From Clostridia bacterium (GTDB taxonomy: Bacteria; Bacillota; Clostridia; Oscillospirales; CAG-272), in contig JAFTST010000051.1 of NCBI GenBank assembly GCA_017467165.1, positions 11,952-75,951 of the forward strand: a DNA stretch of 64,000 nucleotides, given 5' to 3'. A model generated the notes under the pieces. The model was not told the origin of the DNA, ran no database searches, and worked only from the letters and a program-made list of their open reading frames with translations. The position numbers and the translations under genes were made by a program. Positions 43,853 through 53,057 of this stretch are shown piece by piece (position 1 is the stretch's first letter; every line of letters begins with the position of its first letter).

Positions 43853-46800
43853 ATGAAGGCTTATCAGATGGTATACACCGCCTGCGGAAAGACCAAGAAC
43901 GGCGACTACGACGTTTGGGGACACTCCTCCGCTCTTGACTACAAGGAGTGCGGTGAAATTGACAAGATAATGAGCTATCAGCGCCCCAACGGCGCTCCCT
44001 TCCAGCCCACCGAGGAGGAGATAAAGCAGTATTTCCCGAAGAAGTACGGCTACTTCTACACCTCGTCGGGAAAGGCGTGTATAGCGCAGTCCTCTCACGT
44101 CGGACGCGTCTACTCGGACGTTGACGAGAGATGGGGTAACTATGTTACTCACGCGCTCTGCTTCGCATCGGATATTGATTTTTCTCCCTTTGATATATTC
44201 GGCGCTCCCGTTTTCAAGGATAAGCTCACCTACAAGGAGTGGCACGACGACCCCTCGCCCGAGAGTCTTCCCGAGATAGAGGTAACGATACCGAAGGGAA
44301 GGGCAGTATCGGGTGTGCCCGCGCTTCTTTCAGACAGCAGAAAGAAGAATATGCTCCCCGCATTCGTGCAGGCGGTTATCAATACCCTTGAGACTAACGA
44401 TAAGGCTGTCGTGGTTTCTCTTTCTGACGAGGAAATACCCACTCTGCTCGCGCTTGTCGGCGTGGCTCTGCCGAAATTTATGCACAAGAAGGTCACCTTC
44501 CAGACTCAGTACAGGGCTACGGGCAACTACGGTGACACCACCGTGCGCGCAAGAGTACAGTTCCCCCTCAACAGATCGACCTACGGCTTCGTTGACGATA
44601 TGAGAGCGGGAAAGACCGTCTTTAACTTTGACACGGGAGATTTCACCGACGTTAAGGTTGGCGGATACGTCAAGGGTGTATTTGCCGCGCTGAACGGTGG
44701 AATTGACGCGGCGGAGAGATACGCCGCATCTATCGGCAAGGCTATGACCGAGCTTCACTGCGATATTGAGGCGGCGGCGCTCGTTGGCGCGCTTATGGGC
44801 GGAAAGTACAATGATTTCGACAGCCCCGCTCACTACGAGAGCGTGCTTAATATGCTGATCGACGCTAAATATATTAATAAGGAGGAGTATGCCTCCAGAG
44901 TGTACAGCGAGATAGTTGCTAAGGCAATCTGGCCCTTCAACACCGAGCTGTCGGGGCTTATCCGCTTCGCCTACGAGAACGGCGGACAGAGCATCAGAAA
45001 CGAGCTCGTCTTCAGGGTTATGAAGTCGCTGTCTGCGTTTGGTATCACGCTCGCCTCGCCCACAGAGCAGGCGTTTGACTCCTTCAAGAGAGGACTTCCC
45101 ATTGACTACAAGGGAGTTGTTTCAGCTGCTCTCACCGACCAGCGCTGGACTGCTCTTACCGAGAGCGCTGACGAGGCTCTCACCTACGTTATCCTGAGAA
45201 TCTATATAGACGCTCTCAAAACTCCGTCCGCCTCTACCGCAGAGAATTATATTCTCAGAATAGCGAAGAAGGCGTATGAGAAGGCCGGACTTGACGCGCT
45301 TGTGACAAATCTCTCGCTGCTCGGCGATAACAAGCAGCTTGCCGACAGGCTTATATACTCCACCGTTGGCGCGCTCTTCGGAAAGGGCTCACTCAGCGAA
45401 AAGGAGCTCTCGCTCGCATTTGACGGCGCGCTTCTTCTTTCTACAAGAGGGGCAAGACGCGACGCCACCCTCGCTATTATCAAGGGCAGCCTCAATTCGC
45501 CCGCTCTCATTTCGGTCTATACCGACAAAAAGGCGGCAAATCCTCAGGCGTTCGCAGAGCTTGAGAGGGAGCTGTCGGGCGAGGCAGAGTTCGTAGAGTT
45601 CGTCAAGAGGTGCAGACTTCTTGAGTTCAAGAATAAACAGACGGTTACTCCCGCAGAGCTTGACCGCTACTTCAAGGAATACTATATCACAGGCGAGGAC
45701 GACGGCACTTACCTGAAGAAGCTCGACGCGCTTATCGGCGCGAAGCGCCAGGTCGGCGACGCTGTCGAGGCGCTTTTGGACGTCTATACCAAAAACTGTC
45801 CCGCTGACGATAGCTCCGCGCTCTGTCTTGACGTGGTTTCCTATATCGAGAAAAAGATATTCTCCTACCCTCTGTCCGAGCTTATCAAGCTTCGCGCATC
45901 GGTAATTAATCAGGTAGCGCAGATTGACGCAAGGCTCAAGGGAGCTCGCCGCCAGACCAGCGGTCAGTATGAGCTTCTCTATACCGCGATGCTCATCAGC
46001 AGAAAGACACCGAGAGAGGTTCTCTACGCGGCTGTTGAGGGCAAGAAGATATACGAAAGACTTTCGCCCGAAAAGCTGGAGCTTTTCGCTCGCAGCTTCA
46101 CTACCGAGGCTGTTGCTCTGTACGTTGATATGAAAAGGAAGGATAAGAAGCTCGGCAAGCAGCAGCTTATGACGGCTATCATTCATCCTCTTCTCAGCAA
46201 GGTTAAGGATAGTAACCTGTACTTCACCAAGGCAATCAAGGCGCAGAGATTCGAGGACGGAGCAGAGCTCGTCGCTGACCTTATGTGCTACGCCTTCAAC
46301 ACCGAGGGCGGATTTGCTGACAGGGCTCGCGATTTCGTTAAGTACTACGTTTCTACCCTGAAGCGTCCCGAATATAAGAAGCTCTTCAAGCTTATCAAGG
46401 CAATTCTCACGCCCAAGGAGTACGCAGGCCCGAAGAAGTTCATCAACGACCACCTCAACAACAACCGCAGCTTCCTTGAAAAGCTCTTCGGAGCGAAGAA
46501 GGCGGGCGATGACGATGAGGATGAGGACGACGAGGACGAGGACGAAAAGGAAAGCGACTCGGAAAAGAATAAGCCTGTCGAAAATAAGAAGGACGAAAGG
46601 CGTCCTGACGGAAAGCAGAGCGCAGAAAGGCGCCCCGACGGGAAGACCCCTGAAAGACCCGACCCGAGGAAAAACGAGCATAGAAGACCCGATACGAGAA
46701 ATTGGGAGGACAGACCCACCGACAGCTCGAAGCACAACGAGAAAAACAGAAAGTGCCAAAGATGCGGCAATTACTATTCCTCCGAAAAGTTCAGCGCCTG

Positions 46801-46984
46801 CCCGAGATGCGGCGAGGTTGCAAGACGCCCCGAGGGTGAGAAGGAAAATGGACACAGATGCCCCGAGTGTGGCGCTCCCTATACGGAGAAGGACAGATTC
46901 TGCTCGAGCTGTGGAAAGCCCGTAGGAAAAAAGAGCGTTGATTGGAAAAAGAACAATGGCATAGACGAGGACGATAATGGCTGA
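43853..46984 (+). CDS. Large (1043 aa) mostly helical protein with an acidic/basic low-complexity tail and two C-terminal zinc ribbons
   Basis: AGGAGG RBS. The tail reads DDDEDEDDEDEDEKESD...RRPDGKQSAERRPDGKTPERPDPRKNEHRRPDTR, followed by CQRCG..CPRCG and CPECG..CSSCG. Confidence 0.8.
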   Translation: MKAYQMVYTACGKTKNGDYDVWGHSSALDYKECGEIDKIMSYQRPNGAPFQPTEEEIKQYFPKKYGYFYTSSGKACIAQSSHVGRVYSDVDERWGNYVTHALCFASDIDFSPFDIFGAPVFKDKLTYKEWHDDPSPESLPEIEVTIPKGRAVSGVPALLSDSRKKNMLPAFVQAVINTLETNDKAVVVSLSDEEIPTLLALVGVALPKFMHKKVTFQTQYRATGNYGDTTVRARVQFPLNRSTYGFVDDMRAGKTVFNFDTGDFTDVKVGGYVKGVFAALNGGIDAAERYAASIGKAMTELHCDIEAAALVGALMGGKYNDFDSPAHYESVLNMLIDAKYINKEEYASRVYSEIVAKAIWPFNTELSGLIRFAYENGGQSIRNELVFRVMKSLSAFGITLASPTEQAFDSFKRGLPIDYKGVVSAALTDQRWTALTESADEALTYVILRIYIDALKTPSASTAENYILRIAKKAYEKAGLDALVTNLSLLGDNKQLADRLIYSTVGALFGKGSLSEKELSLAFDGALLLSTRGARRDATLAIIKGSLNSPALISVYTDKKAANPQAFAELERELSGEAEFVEFVKRCRLLEFKNKQTVTPAELDRYFKEYYITGEDDGTYLKKLDALIGAKRQVGDAVEALLDVYTKNCPADDSSALCLDVVSYIEKKIFSYPLSELIKLRASVINQVAQIDARLKGARRQTSGQYELLYTAMLISRKTPREVLYAAVEGKKIYERLSPEKLELFARSFTTEAVALYVDMKRKDKKLGKQQLMTAIIHPLLSKVKDSNLYFTKAIKAQRFEDGAELVADLMCYAFNTEGGFADRARDFVKYYVSTLKRPEYKKLFKLIKAILTPKEYAGPKKFINDHLNNNRSFLEKLFGAKKAGDDDEDEDDEDEDEKESDSEKNKPVENKKDERRPDGKQSAERRPDGKTPERPDPRKNEHRRPDTRNWEDRPTDSSKHNEKNRKCQRCGNYYSSEKFSACPRCGEVARRPEGEKENGHRCPECGAPYTEKDRFCSSCGKPVGKKSVDWKKNNGIDEDDNG

Positions 46985-47279
46985 GTTAATCACGGGAATA
47001 CTTAGTGTTGCCATAGTGATAGCGGCGGCAATTCTCGCTATATTCGCTCTTGTGGCTTCCTGCTTCGCAGGAGCTGTTGCGGGAAGCGTGGGTGGCGGTG
47101 GAGCAGGACTTTTCCACACGCTAAAGACCTGCTTTCACACCGTCGACGTCGGCATTAAGAGCAAGGCTATGAGAATTGCAGTATTCGTTCTGCTCGGTCT
47201 TGTCGCTCTTCTTGCCGTAGGGCTCGCGGTGTACGCGATATGCCTGATTATCCCTCTGATAGCTAAGGGGGGCGTATGA
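46977..47279 (+). CDS. Small (100 aa) membrane protein with three predicted hydrophobic helices
   Basis: It overlaps the stop of the upstream gene by 8 nt and has an ATGA overlap with the downstream GTPase gene. Hydrophobic segments are ILSVAIVIAAAILAIFALVASCFAGAVAG and IAVFVLLGLVALLAVGLAVYAICLIIPLI. Confidence 0.65.
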   Translation: MAELITGILSVAIVIAAAILAIFALVASCFAGAVAGSVGGGGAGLFHTLKTCFHTVDVGIKSKAMRIAVFVLLGLVALLAVGLAVYAICLIIPLIAKGGV

Positions 47280-48724
47280 CGGATCCTGCTAAAATAAGCT
47301 ATATGTTCACCCTTGCGCCGATGGAATATTCCGACTCGGTGAAGGAAATATTTGAGGACTATATCAACGTTATCAAGAAGAATTTCGGCAAGCTGGAAAA
47401 CAAGTTCATTGACTTAACAAGGCTTGATTTCTCCGGAAACTTCTTTAACAGTCTGAAGTTCGGAAGCCTTTTCGCCTTGCAGCTTGGCTTTTTCTTCGGC
47501 GAGCTTTTGCTGCACGCGGTTCTTAGCGCGCTGTTTGGCGGTTTATTTATACTTCTGTACGGCGCGGCGGTCTATGGAATGAAGCTGTACGGATACGTGA
47601 CGATGGGTATTCTTCTTTCTATAGAGTACCTTTTCTCATTCTTCAAAAGAATTGCCTTTAGCTGTCCGAACTGTCAGGCGAAGCACAAAATGCCAACTTA
47701 TCTTTGCAAATGCGGCAGAAAACACAAAAAGCTGATGCCCTCGAGCGCCGGACTTCTCAAAAGAGAGTGTGTCTGCGGAGAAAAGCTCGCCTGCTCGCTG
47801 TTTTCGGGAAGGCACAGGCTCTCGGGAAGGTGGCTCTGTCCCGACTGCGACTATGAGATAGGTGGACCCTTGCATACGGATATACCGATTCCCGTTGTCG
47901 CAGGACCCAACGCGGGAAAAACCTGCTTTATCATCTCGGCTATAATGGAGCTCGAGAAGAATTCTGAGAGAAAGCACGACCTTCTTTTCGAGTATCACGA
48001 AAACCCGCAGCTTGGCGACGACTACTACGATAACAAGAGGCAGATAGAGAGGGGCAACGCTCCTCTGAAAACACGCGACAGCAGGCTTCGCTACTATCAG
48101 TTCTATCTTACCCCCAGGGGCAAAAAGATAAGAAATATGGTATCGCTGTGCGACGTCGCGGGAGAGGTATTCGCGCACGGGGACGACGTTATTCAGCCCG
48201 GCTTCAAAAACGCGGCGGCGTATCTTATTATCGTCGACCCGCTGTCAATCCCCGCCCTGAGAGCCGACCTCGACCCTGCCGTTGTGGCAAGGACACGCTT
48301 CAGCACGCGTCCTATGGACGAGGTAGTCAATATACTTATCAAGACCCTTGAGCTTTTCGGTGTCAAGGAGTCACAGCACGCGCATATCGATATAGCGGTA
48401 GTGTTCACCAAGTGCGACACTCCCGGTATCGACGACATCATAGGCAACAGGGCGGTTATGAGGACTATGCAGACCTCGGGTATTGAGTCAAGGCTCGAGG
48501 CGCAGAATGCCGTCTGTCAATCCGCGCTTATGAAATACGGCGAGGCTAACTTTCTCAACGCCATTCGCTCGCAGTTCAGAAGCCTGCAGTTTTTCACCAC
48601 CTCTGCTCTTGGCGAGAGTGGACAGGCATTTAATCCCATTGGCGTTGACGAGCCGATTCTCTGGCTTGTCGACAAGGTGAGCCCGGATATTAATCTGAAG
48701 GCGAAATGGGGAAAGAAAATTTAA
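47276..48724 (+). CDS. Membrane-anchored zinc-ribbon GTPase (paralog 2)
   Basis: The N-terminal hydrophobic region (about residues 60-125) is followed by CPNC..CKCG..CVCG..CPDC. GTPase motifs are G1 GPNAGKT, G3 CDVAGE, G4 FTKCD and G5-like TSALG. The C-terminal tail is INLKAKWGKKI. Confidence 0.85.
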   Translation: MTDPAKISYMFTLAPMEYSDSVKEIFEDYINVIKKNFGKLENKFIDLTRLDFSGNFFNSLKFGSLFALQLGFFFGELLLHAVLSALFGGLFILLYGAAVYGMKLYGYVTMGILLSIEYLFSFFKRIAFSCPNCQAKHKMPTYLCKCGRKHKKLMPSSAGLLKRECVCGEKLACSLFSGRHRLSGRWLCPDCDYEIGGPLHTDIPIPVVAGPNAGKTCFIISAIMELEKNSERKHDLLFEYHENPQLGDDYYDNKRQIERGNAPLKTRDSRLRYYQFYLTPRGKKIRNMVSLCDVAGEVFAHGDDVIQPGFKNAAAYLIIVDPLSIPALRADLDPAVVARTRFSTRPMDEVVNILIKTLELFGVKESQHAHIDIAVVFTKCDTPGIDDIIGNRAVMRTMQTSGIESRLEAQNAVCQSALMKYGEANFLNAIRSQFRSLQFFTTSALGESGQAFNPIGVDEPILWLVDKVSPDINLKAKWGKKI

Positions 48725-48887
48725 GCTCCGCGGTACACAGTCAATCCGTGACCCGTATCGCCCAAGAAAAAAAGACACGGGTGGTGTCATAGACCGATAC
48801 ACCGCCCGTGAATAAAATGAATAAGCGTATTTTTCTGTCCCCGTCGGCGACGCGGATAGGGCAATAAGCTTATCCTATGGAGGAAAA

Positions 48888-49553
48888 ATGGTTTTTTATA
48901 TCAGCTTTGGTATCATTCTTCTGGCTTTTGGAATATTCAACTACGTAGCGTCGATTTTATCCTCGAAGGGAAGACCGATATCGAGCTACGCTATGGCGGC
49001 GGTGCTCAGGTGCTTCGCGGTTGCCATTATGCTCGCCGTGACGGTCTGTCTGTGGTTCGCGACGCCTCGCCTTATCGATTTAGACTGGGATTATGAGGGC
49101 AGGGGGCTGCTTATAGTGGTTTCCTTATTCAACTCCATCATTCTGTGCAGTCTGCCCCTGCCGCTCGTTATACGCAGATTCGGCTCGTCCTTTAACTATA
49201 ACAGAACGAAATTCATGACCGCGTATATAGCGAATATTCTGGCGCTGCTTGCTATCGGATTTGTTGAAACGACGCTTATCTCGCTTGTGACCTACTCCAA
49301 CGCGCTATTTTATCACAGGGATTTCTGGGTCTATGCCTTCTACTTCATTTTCGCAGTCTGCGCGGGCGCGGCGGGATTTTTCTCCGCTTTCTCGGGCGAG
49401 GACGGAATTATCGACAGCTTCACCAGAGATAACTCGTCGATGTGGAATTATATAATGGGCTTCGGAGTATTTCTCCTTGCGGGATTCGCCGGAAACTACG
49501 TTATTATGTTCGTGGTATGGGTTATCCGCGGAATTATCGGTCTTTTCACTTAA
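48888..49553 (+). CDS. Polytopic membrane protein related at its N-terminus to the type A array proteins
   Basis: 221 aa with a GGAGGA RBS. The N-terminal IILLAFGIFNYVASI shares the G-x-x-NYV motif found at the N-termini of the type A proteins. Confidence 0.7.
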   Translation: MVFYISFGIILLAFGIFNYVASILSSKGRPISSYAMAAVLRCFAVAIMLAVTVCLWFATPRLIDLDWDYEGRGLLIVVSLFNSIILCSLPLPLVIRRFGSSFNYNRTKFMTAYIANILALLAIGFVETTLISLVTYSNALFYHRDFWVYAFYFIFAVCAGAAGFFSAFSGEDGIIDSFTRDNSSMWNYIMGFGVFLLAGFAGNYVIMFVVWVIRGIIGLFT

Positions 49554-49639
49554 AGCTCTCAATTATGTCATCAATCAAATAGGTTAAACTCTTCATTAAT
49601 TAAGTAATTAATAAATAAAAAATATAAAGGAGCAACACA

Positions 49640-51058
49640 ATGCAAAAACAACCTGCTCAAAAAAGTTACTTTTTTGACAAGGGCTACAAGGACGTCGGGA
49701 ACATTCTGAAAAAGACCTGGACCACCGCCTTCCGCCCTGTCACCAACGAGTTTTCGAGGGTGGTACAGCTTTTTGCCGACAACGTAGTTGCGGCAATCTT
49801 CACCGTCGTCGTTGACCTCGTCGTATTTTCCATCGTCACCGCGGCGATACTGCTCGGAGTTCTTATCTTCTCGGCAGTCTTCATCGCGGGTATTGCGGCA
49901 GCGGGCGTAGTGGTCTACGTTTTCTACTCGCTTCTGTTTCTGGCTGACTTCGTGTTCTGTCTTATTCAGCATATTTCCTCGCACTGCAGCGTGTGTCAGA
50001 ACAAGTTCCGTCTGCCATATTACAGATGCCCCAACCCCGCCTGCTCAAACGTACATACCGCCCTGCGCCCCAGCGTGTACGGTATTCTGAAAAGAAAGTG
50101 TAACTGCGGCAGAAAGCTGCCCACAACCTTCTTCAACGGCAGACAGAAGCTCGAGGCTATCTGTCCTCACTGTAACAAGAGAGTTGACGGCGGCGGAGAG
50201 CACACCGAGATAATGATTCCCATCGTCGGCGGCTCAAACTCGGGAAAGACCTGCTTCGTCAATATGGCTATCAAGCAGATTGAGGCCTGCGCCTCCCAGA
50301 ACGACCTCGTGTTCGAATACAATCCCACCCTTGACGATAATATGGGTGATATAAGAGCTACTATGGGCAGGGGTATGCTCCCCCCCAAGACCCGTGAGGA
50401 GAGAATGACCTACTACCGCTTCTACCTCACTCCCAAGGGAAAGAAGGTCAAGACCCTTATTTCTCTTTGTGACGTTGCGGGAGAGGCGTTTGACAACAAG
50501 GATAAGATTGGCGAGCAGATAGGCTACAAGAACGCTAACGCCTTCGTTATGGTGGTTGACCCGCTTTCCATTCCTGCCTTCTATATGGATCAGCAGAAGA
50601 AGATGAACGTCAATAACTACGCCAGAAGCACCAAGGCGCTTGACACCGTTCTCAACAACCTTATAGTAACGCTCGAGAGCCTTAAGTGCATCGACGCCAA
50701 GACTATGATAAAGACCGACGTCGTGGTGGTGTTCACCAAGTGCGATATTCCCGACCTGGTTAAGCGTATGGGTCCGCAGGCTGTACAGCAGTATATGTTT
50801 GACAACAATCTGCCCTCGAAGTTCGTCGCGCAGAACAAGCTGTGTGAGCAATTCCTGCTCGAGTACGGAGAGGCGAACTTCTTAAACTCTCTGCGCTCCA
50901 AGTTCCGCAGTATTCAGTTCTTCCCGACCTCTGCTCTCGGTCACGTACAGAACGGTATGAAATACGCTCCTCAGGGTGTTGAGGATCCTATTCTCTGGAT
51001 TATCGACAAGATTTCCGCGGGAATCAACCTCAAGAACAAGTGGGGCAAGAAAATTTAA
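49640..51058 (+). CDS. Membrane-anchored zinc-ribbon GTPase (paralog 3)
   Basis: It has the same architecture as 47276..48724. Cys motifs are CSVC..CPNPAC..CNCG..CPHC. GTPase motifs are G1 GGSNSGKT, G3 CDVAGE, G4 FTKCD and G5-like TSALG. The tail is INLKNKWGKKI. Confidence 0.85.
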   Translation: MQKQPAQKSYFFDKGYKDVGNILKKTWTTAFRPVTNEFSRVVQLFADNVVAAIFTVVVDLVVFSIVTAAILLGVLIFSAVFIAGIAAAGVVVYVFYSLLFLADFVFCLIQHISSHCSVCQNKFRLPYYRCPNPACSNVHTALRPSVYGILKRKCNCGRKLPTTFFNGRQKLEAICPHCNKRVDGGGEHTEIMIPIVGGSNSGKTCFVNMAIKQIEACASQNDLVFEYNPTLDDNMGDIRATMGRGMLPPKTREERMTYYRFYLTPKGKKVKTLISLCDVAGEAFDNKDKIGEQIGYKNANAFVMVVDPLSIPAFYMDQQKKMNVNNYARSTKALDTVLNNLIVTLESLKCIDAKTMIKTDVVVVFTKCDIPDLVKRMGPQAVQQYMFDNNLPSKFVAQNKLCEQFLLEYGEANFLNSLRSKFRSIQFFPTSALGHVQNGMKYAPQGVEDPILWIIDKISAGINLKNKWGKKI

Positions 51059-51074
51059 CACGGGGGTTATATAA

Positions 51075-52040
51075 ATGCTTTTGATTGGCATACTGCTCGG
51101 CGTATTTATAATTACGGCGGGCGTTATCAACTACATATTCGTTGTCAGAAATCCGAACAGCTCGGGAGGAATATTCAACTTCCTTGGCTTCGCGGTTTCG
51201 GTTATGGTGACTACGCTGGCGCTTATTGTGATTAACACTCTGGGCGTATTTATACCTCAGTTTGTTTTCACCAATATTCACTGGGGCTGGCTGCTTGGCA
51301 TCAGCATCGTTTTGCTGATAACTATCTTCATTTTTGTGATAGCAGCCTTTAGTAGCTATTCTCGCTCTGATGCTGAGGAAACTATAGTCGGCATTACGGG
51401 ATTTATGCTTATTCCTCTGCTCGTTGTGCTGATTATGGCTCCTGTGAGAGCCGATATACATACCTACGAGCTCTCGGAAGCGAGGGACTTCAACCTTCTT
51501 AACAATCTTCCCACCGACTCGAAATATATCTATCACTTTGAGGTGACCGACGATATAGACTTCGAGGGTGAGAAAACGAGAATTGTCTACGGCAGGGAAA
51601 AGTTCACCTATTATATTGACGGAAACGGTCACACCCTCTCGGGCTTCGTCTGCGAGGATGATATCAAGGAGGACTGCTCGCTCTTCACGGCGGGTTATAT
51701 CGTCCTGGCTAATAGCGACGTCTATTACTCTAAAATTTCAAACATTACCCTCGACGGCTTCGTCCTGACCGTTGCTCCCAACGGATACGACAAGGAAAAC
51801 CGCGTAGGACTCAATCTCAATTACTCAATCTTCGATAAGGATATCGAGCTTGAGGGCGTTACTCTTAAGGCAGAGGTTATCATAGCGGACGAGGTTATCT
51901 ACAACCGCTCGCTGACCCCCTCTACCATAGCCTCGGTTTTGCCCGAGAGCGGTGAGGACGATAGGGGAAATAAATTCAACGTTACCGTCACAGGAGAGCT
52001 CTACAAGCCCGAGCCCGAGCCCGAGACGGACGCAGAATAA
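51075..52040 (+). CDS. Array protein type A, copy 1 (four N-terminal TM helices plus a roughly 190-aa C-terminal domain)
   Basis: Contains the NYI/NYV N-terminal motif, the HWGW motif (NIHWGWLLG), DIDFEGEKTRIVYGREKFTYYIDGNGHTLSGF, and LTVAPNGYDKE. Confidence 0.8.
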   Translation: MLLIGILLGVFIITAGVINYIFVVRNPNSSGGIFNFLGFAVSVMVTTLALIVINTLGVFIPQFVFTNIHWGWLLGISIVLLITIFIFVIAAFSSYSRSDAEETIVGITGFMLIPLLVVLIMAPVRADIHTYELSEARDFNLLNNLPTDSKYIYHFEVTDDIDFEGEKTRIVYGREKFTYYIDGNGHTLSGFVCEDDIKEDCSLFTAGYIVLANSDVYYSKISNITLDGFVLTVAPNGYDKENRVGLNLNYSIFDKDIELEGVTLKAEVIIADEVIYNRSLTPSTIASVLPESGEDDRGNKFNVTVTGELYKPEPEPETDAE

Positions 52041-52049
52041 GGAGGAAAA

Positions 52050-53057
52050 ATGATATTACCAATCGCTCTGGTCGTCATATTTGCCCTGACGGTCGGTGTC
52101 TACAACTACGTTACTATCAGCCGCGGCTCGTCGGGAAGGGGCTTTGCACTGGAAAGTCTTTATCTTGCCACCTTCGTTTCCTGCGGAATTATGCTGGTAG
52201 TCGGACTTTTGGCTATGAGAGCCCCGAGCTTTATTTTCACTTATATCCACTGGGGCTGGTTTCTCGCGTGCAGTATCGTCGTATTTTTGCTCTGCATATT
52301 TATGATGATACTTTTGATAAATGACAGCGCGGAGGCTTATTGGTCTGCTCTTGTTACCTTTATAGGCATTTTGGTTATAGTTTTCGGCATTGTAGCTCCC
52401 GTGAGAGCTGACAAGCACACCTATGAAATCAGCAAGCCCCAGCACTTCAACCTTCTCACCAACCTCCCCGGAGATAAGAAGAACGTCTACTACTTCGAGC
52501 TTGGCGATGATATCGACTTCACGGGCAAGAAGGTCAAGGACAGCTATGGCAGCAAGAGAGTGTGCTACCGCATCGACGGAAACGGACACTCTATTAAGGG
52601 TATATCCTATACCGCGGAGCTGAAGGAGGACGGATGTCTTTTCATTGGCGGAGAGGCGCAGGATGGCACAGGCAGCTATTATAGCTCTCGCATATCCAAC
52701 GTTGTCTTTGAGGATATGGTTCTCATTCTGACTCCCAACGCCTACGACGAGGACAGACACGAGGGTCTGTCGGTTAACTTCAATATGTTTTCCGAAATCG
52801 GCACAAGCCGTCACGTAAGCCTGGATAACGTTACCGTCAAGGCTAACGTCAGGGTTACCGAGGCTGTGGAAAATTATCGCTCTATAAATCCCTCCGAGGT
52901 TGGCGCTATCAATCTTGGAGAAGTAGACAGCGCGTACGTTGTCAACGAGAGTGACTTCGCTATAACCATCAATGATACCGAGGTTGCCTCTAAGGGTAAC
53001 TACACGCTTAATTATGAAATTCCCGAGGAAAATAACGGCGAGGAGGTAGAAGGATAA
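52050..53057 (+). CDS. Array protein type A, copy 2
   Basis: AAGGAGG RBS. Contains YIHWGWFLA, DIDFTGKKVKDSYGSKRVCYRIDGNGHSIKGI and LILTPNAYDED. Its stop overlaps the start of the type B gene at 53057. Confidence 0.8.
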   Translation: MILPIALVVIFALTVGVYNYVTISRGSSGRGFALESLYLATFVSCGIMLVVGLLAMRAPSFIFTYIHWGWFLACSIVVFLLCIFMMILLINDSAEAYWSALVTFIGILVIVFGIVAPVRADKHTYEISKPQHFNLLTNLPGDKKNVYYFELGDDIDFTGKKVKDSYGSKRVCYRIDGNGHSIKGISYTAELKEDGCLFIGGEAQDGTGSYYSSRISNVVFEDMVLILTPNAYDEDRHEGLSVNFNMFSEIGTSRHVSLDNVTVKANVRVTEAVENYRSINPSEVGAINLGEVDSAYVVNESDFAITINDTEVASKGNYTLNYEIPEENNGEEVEG

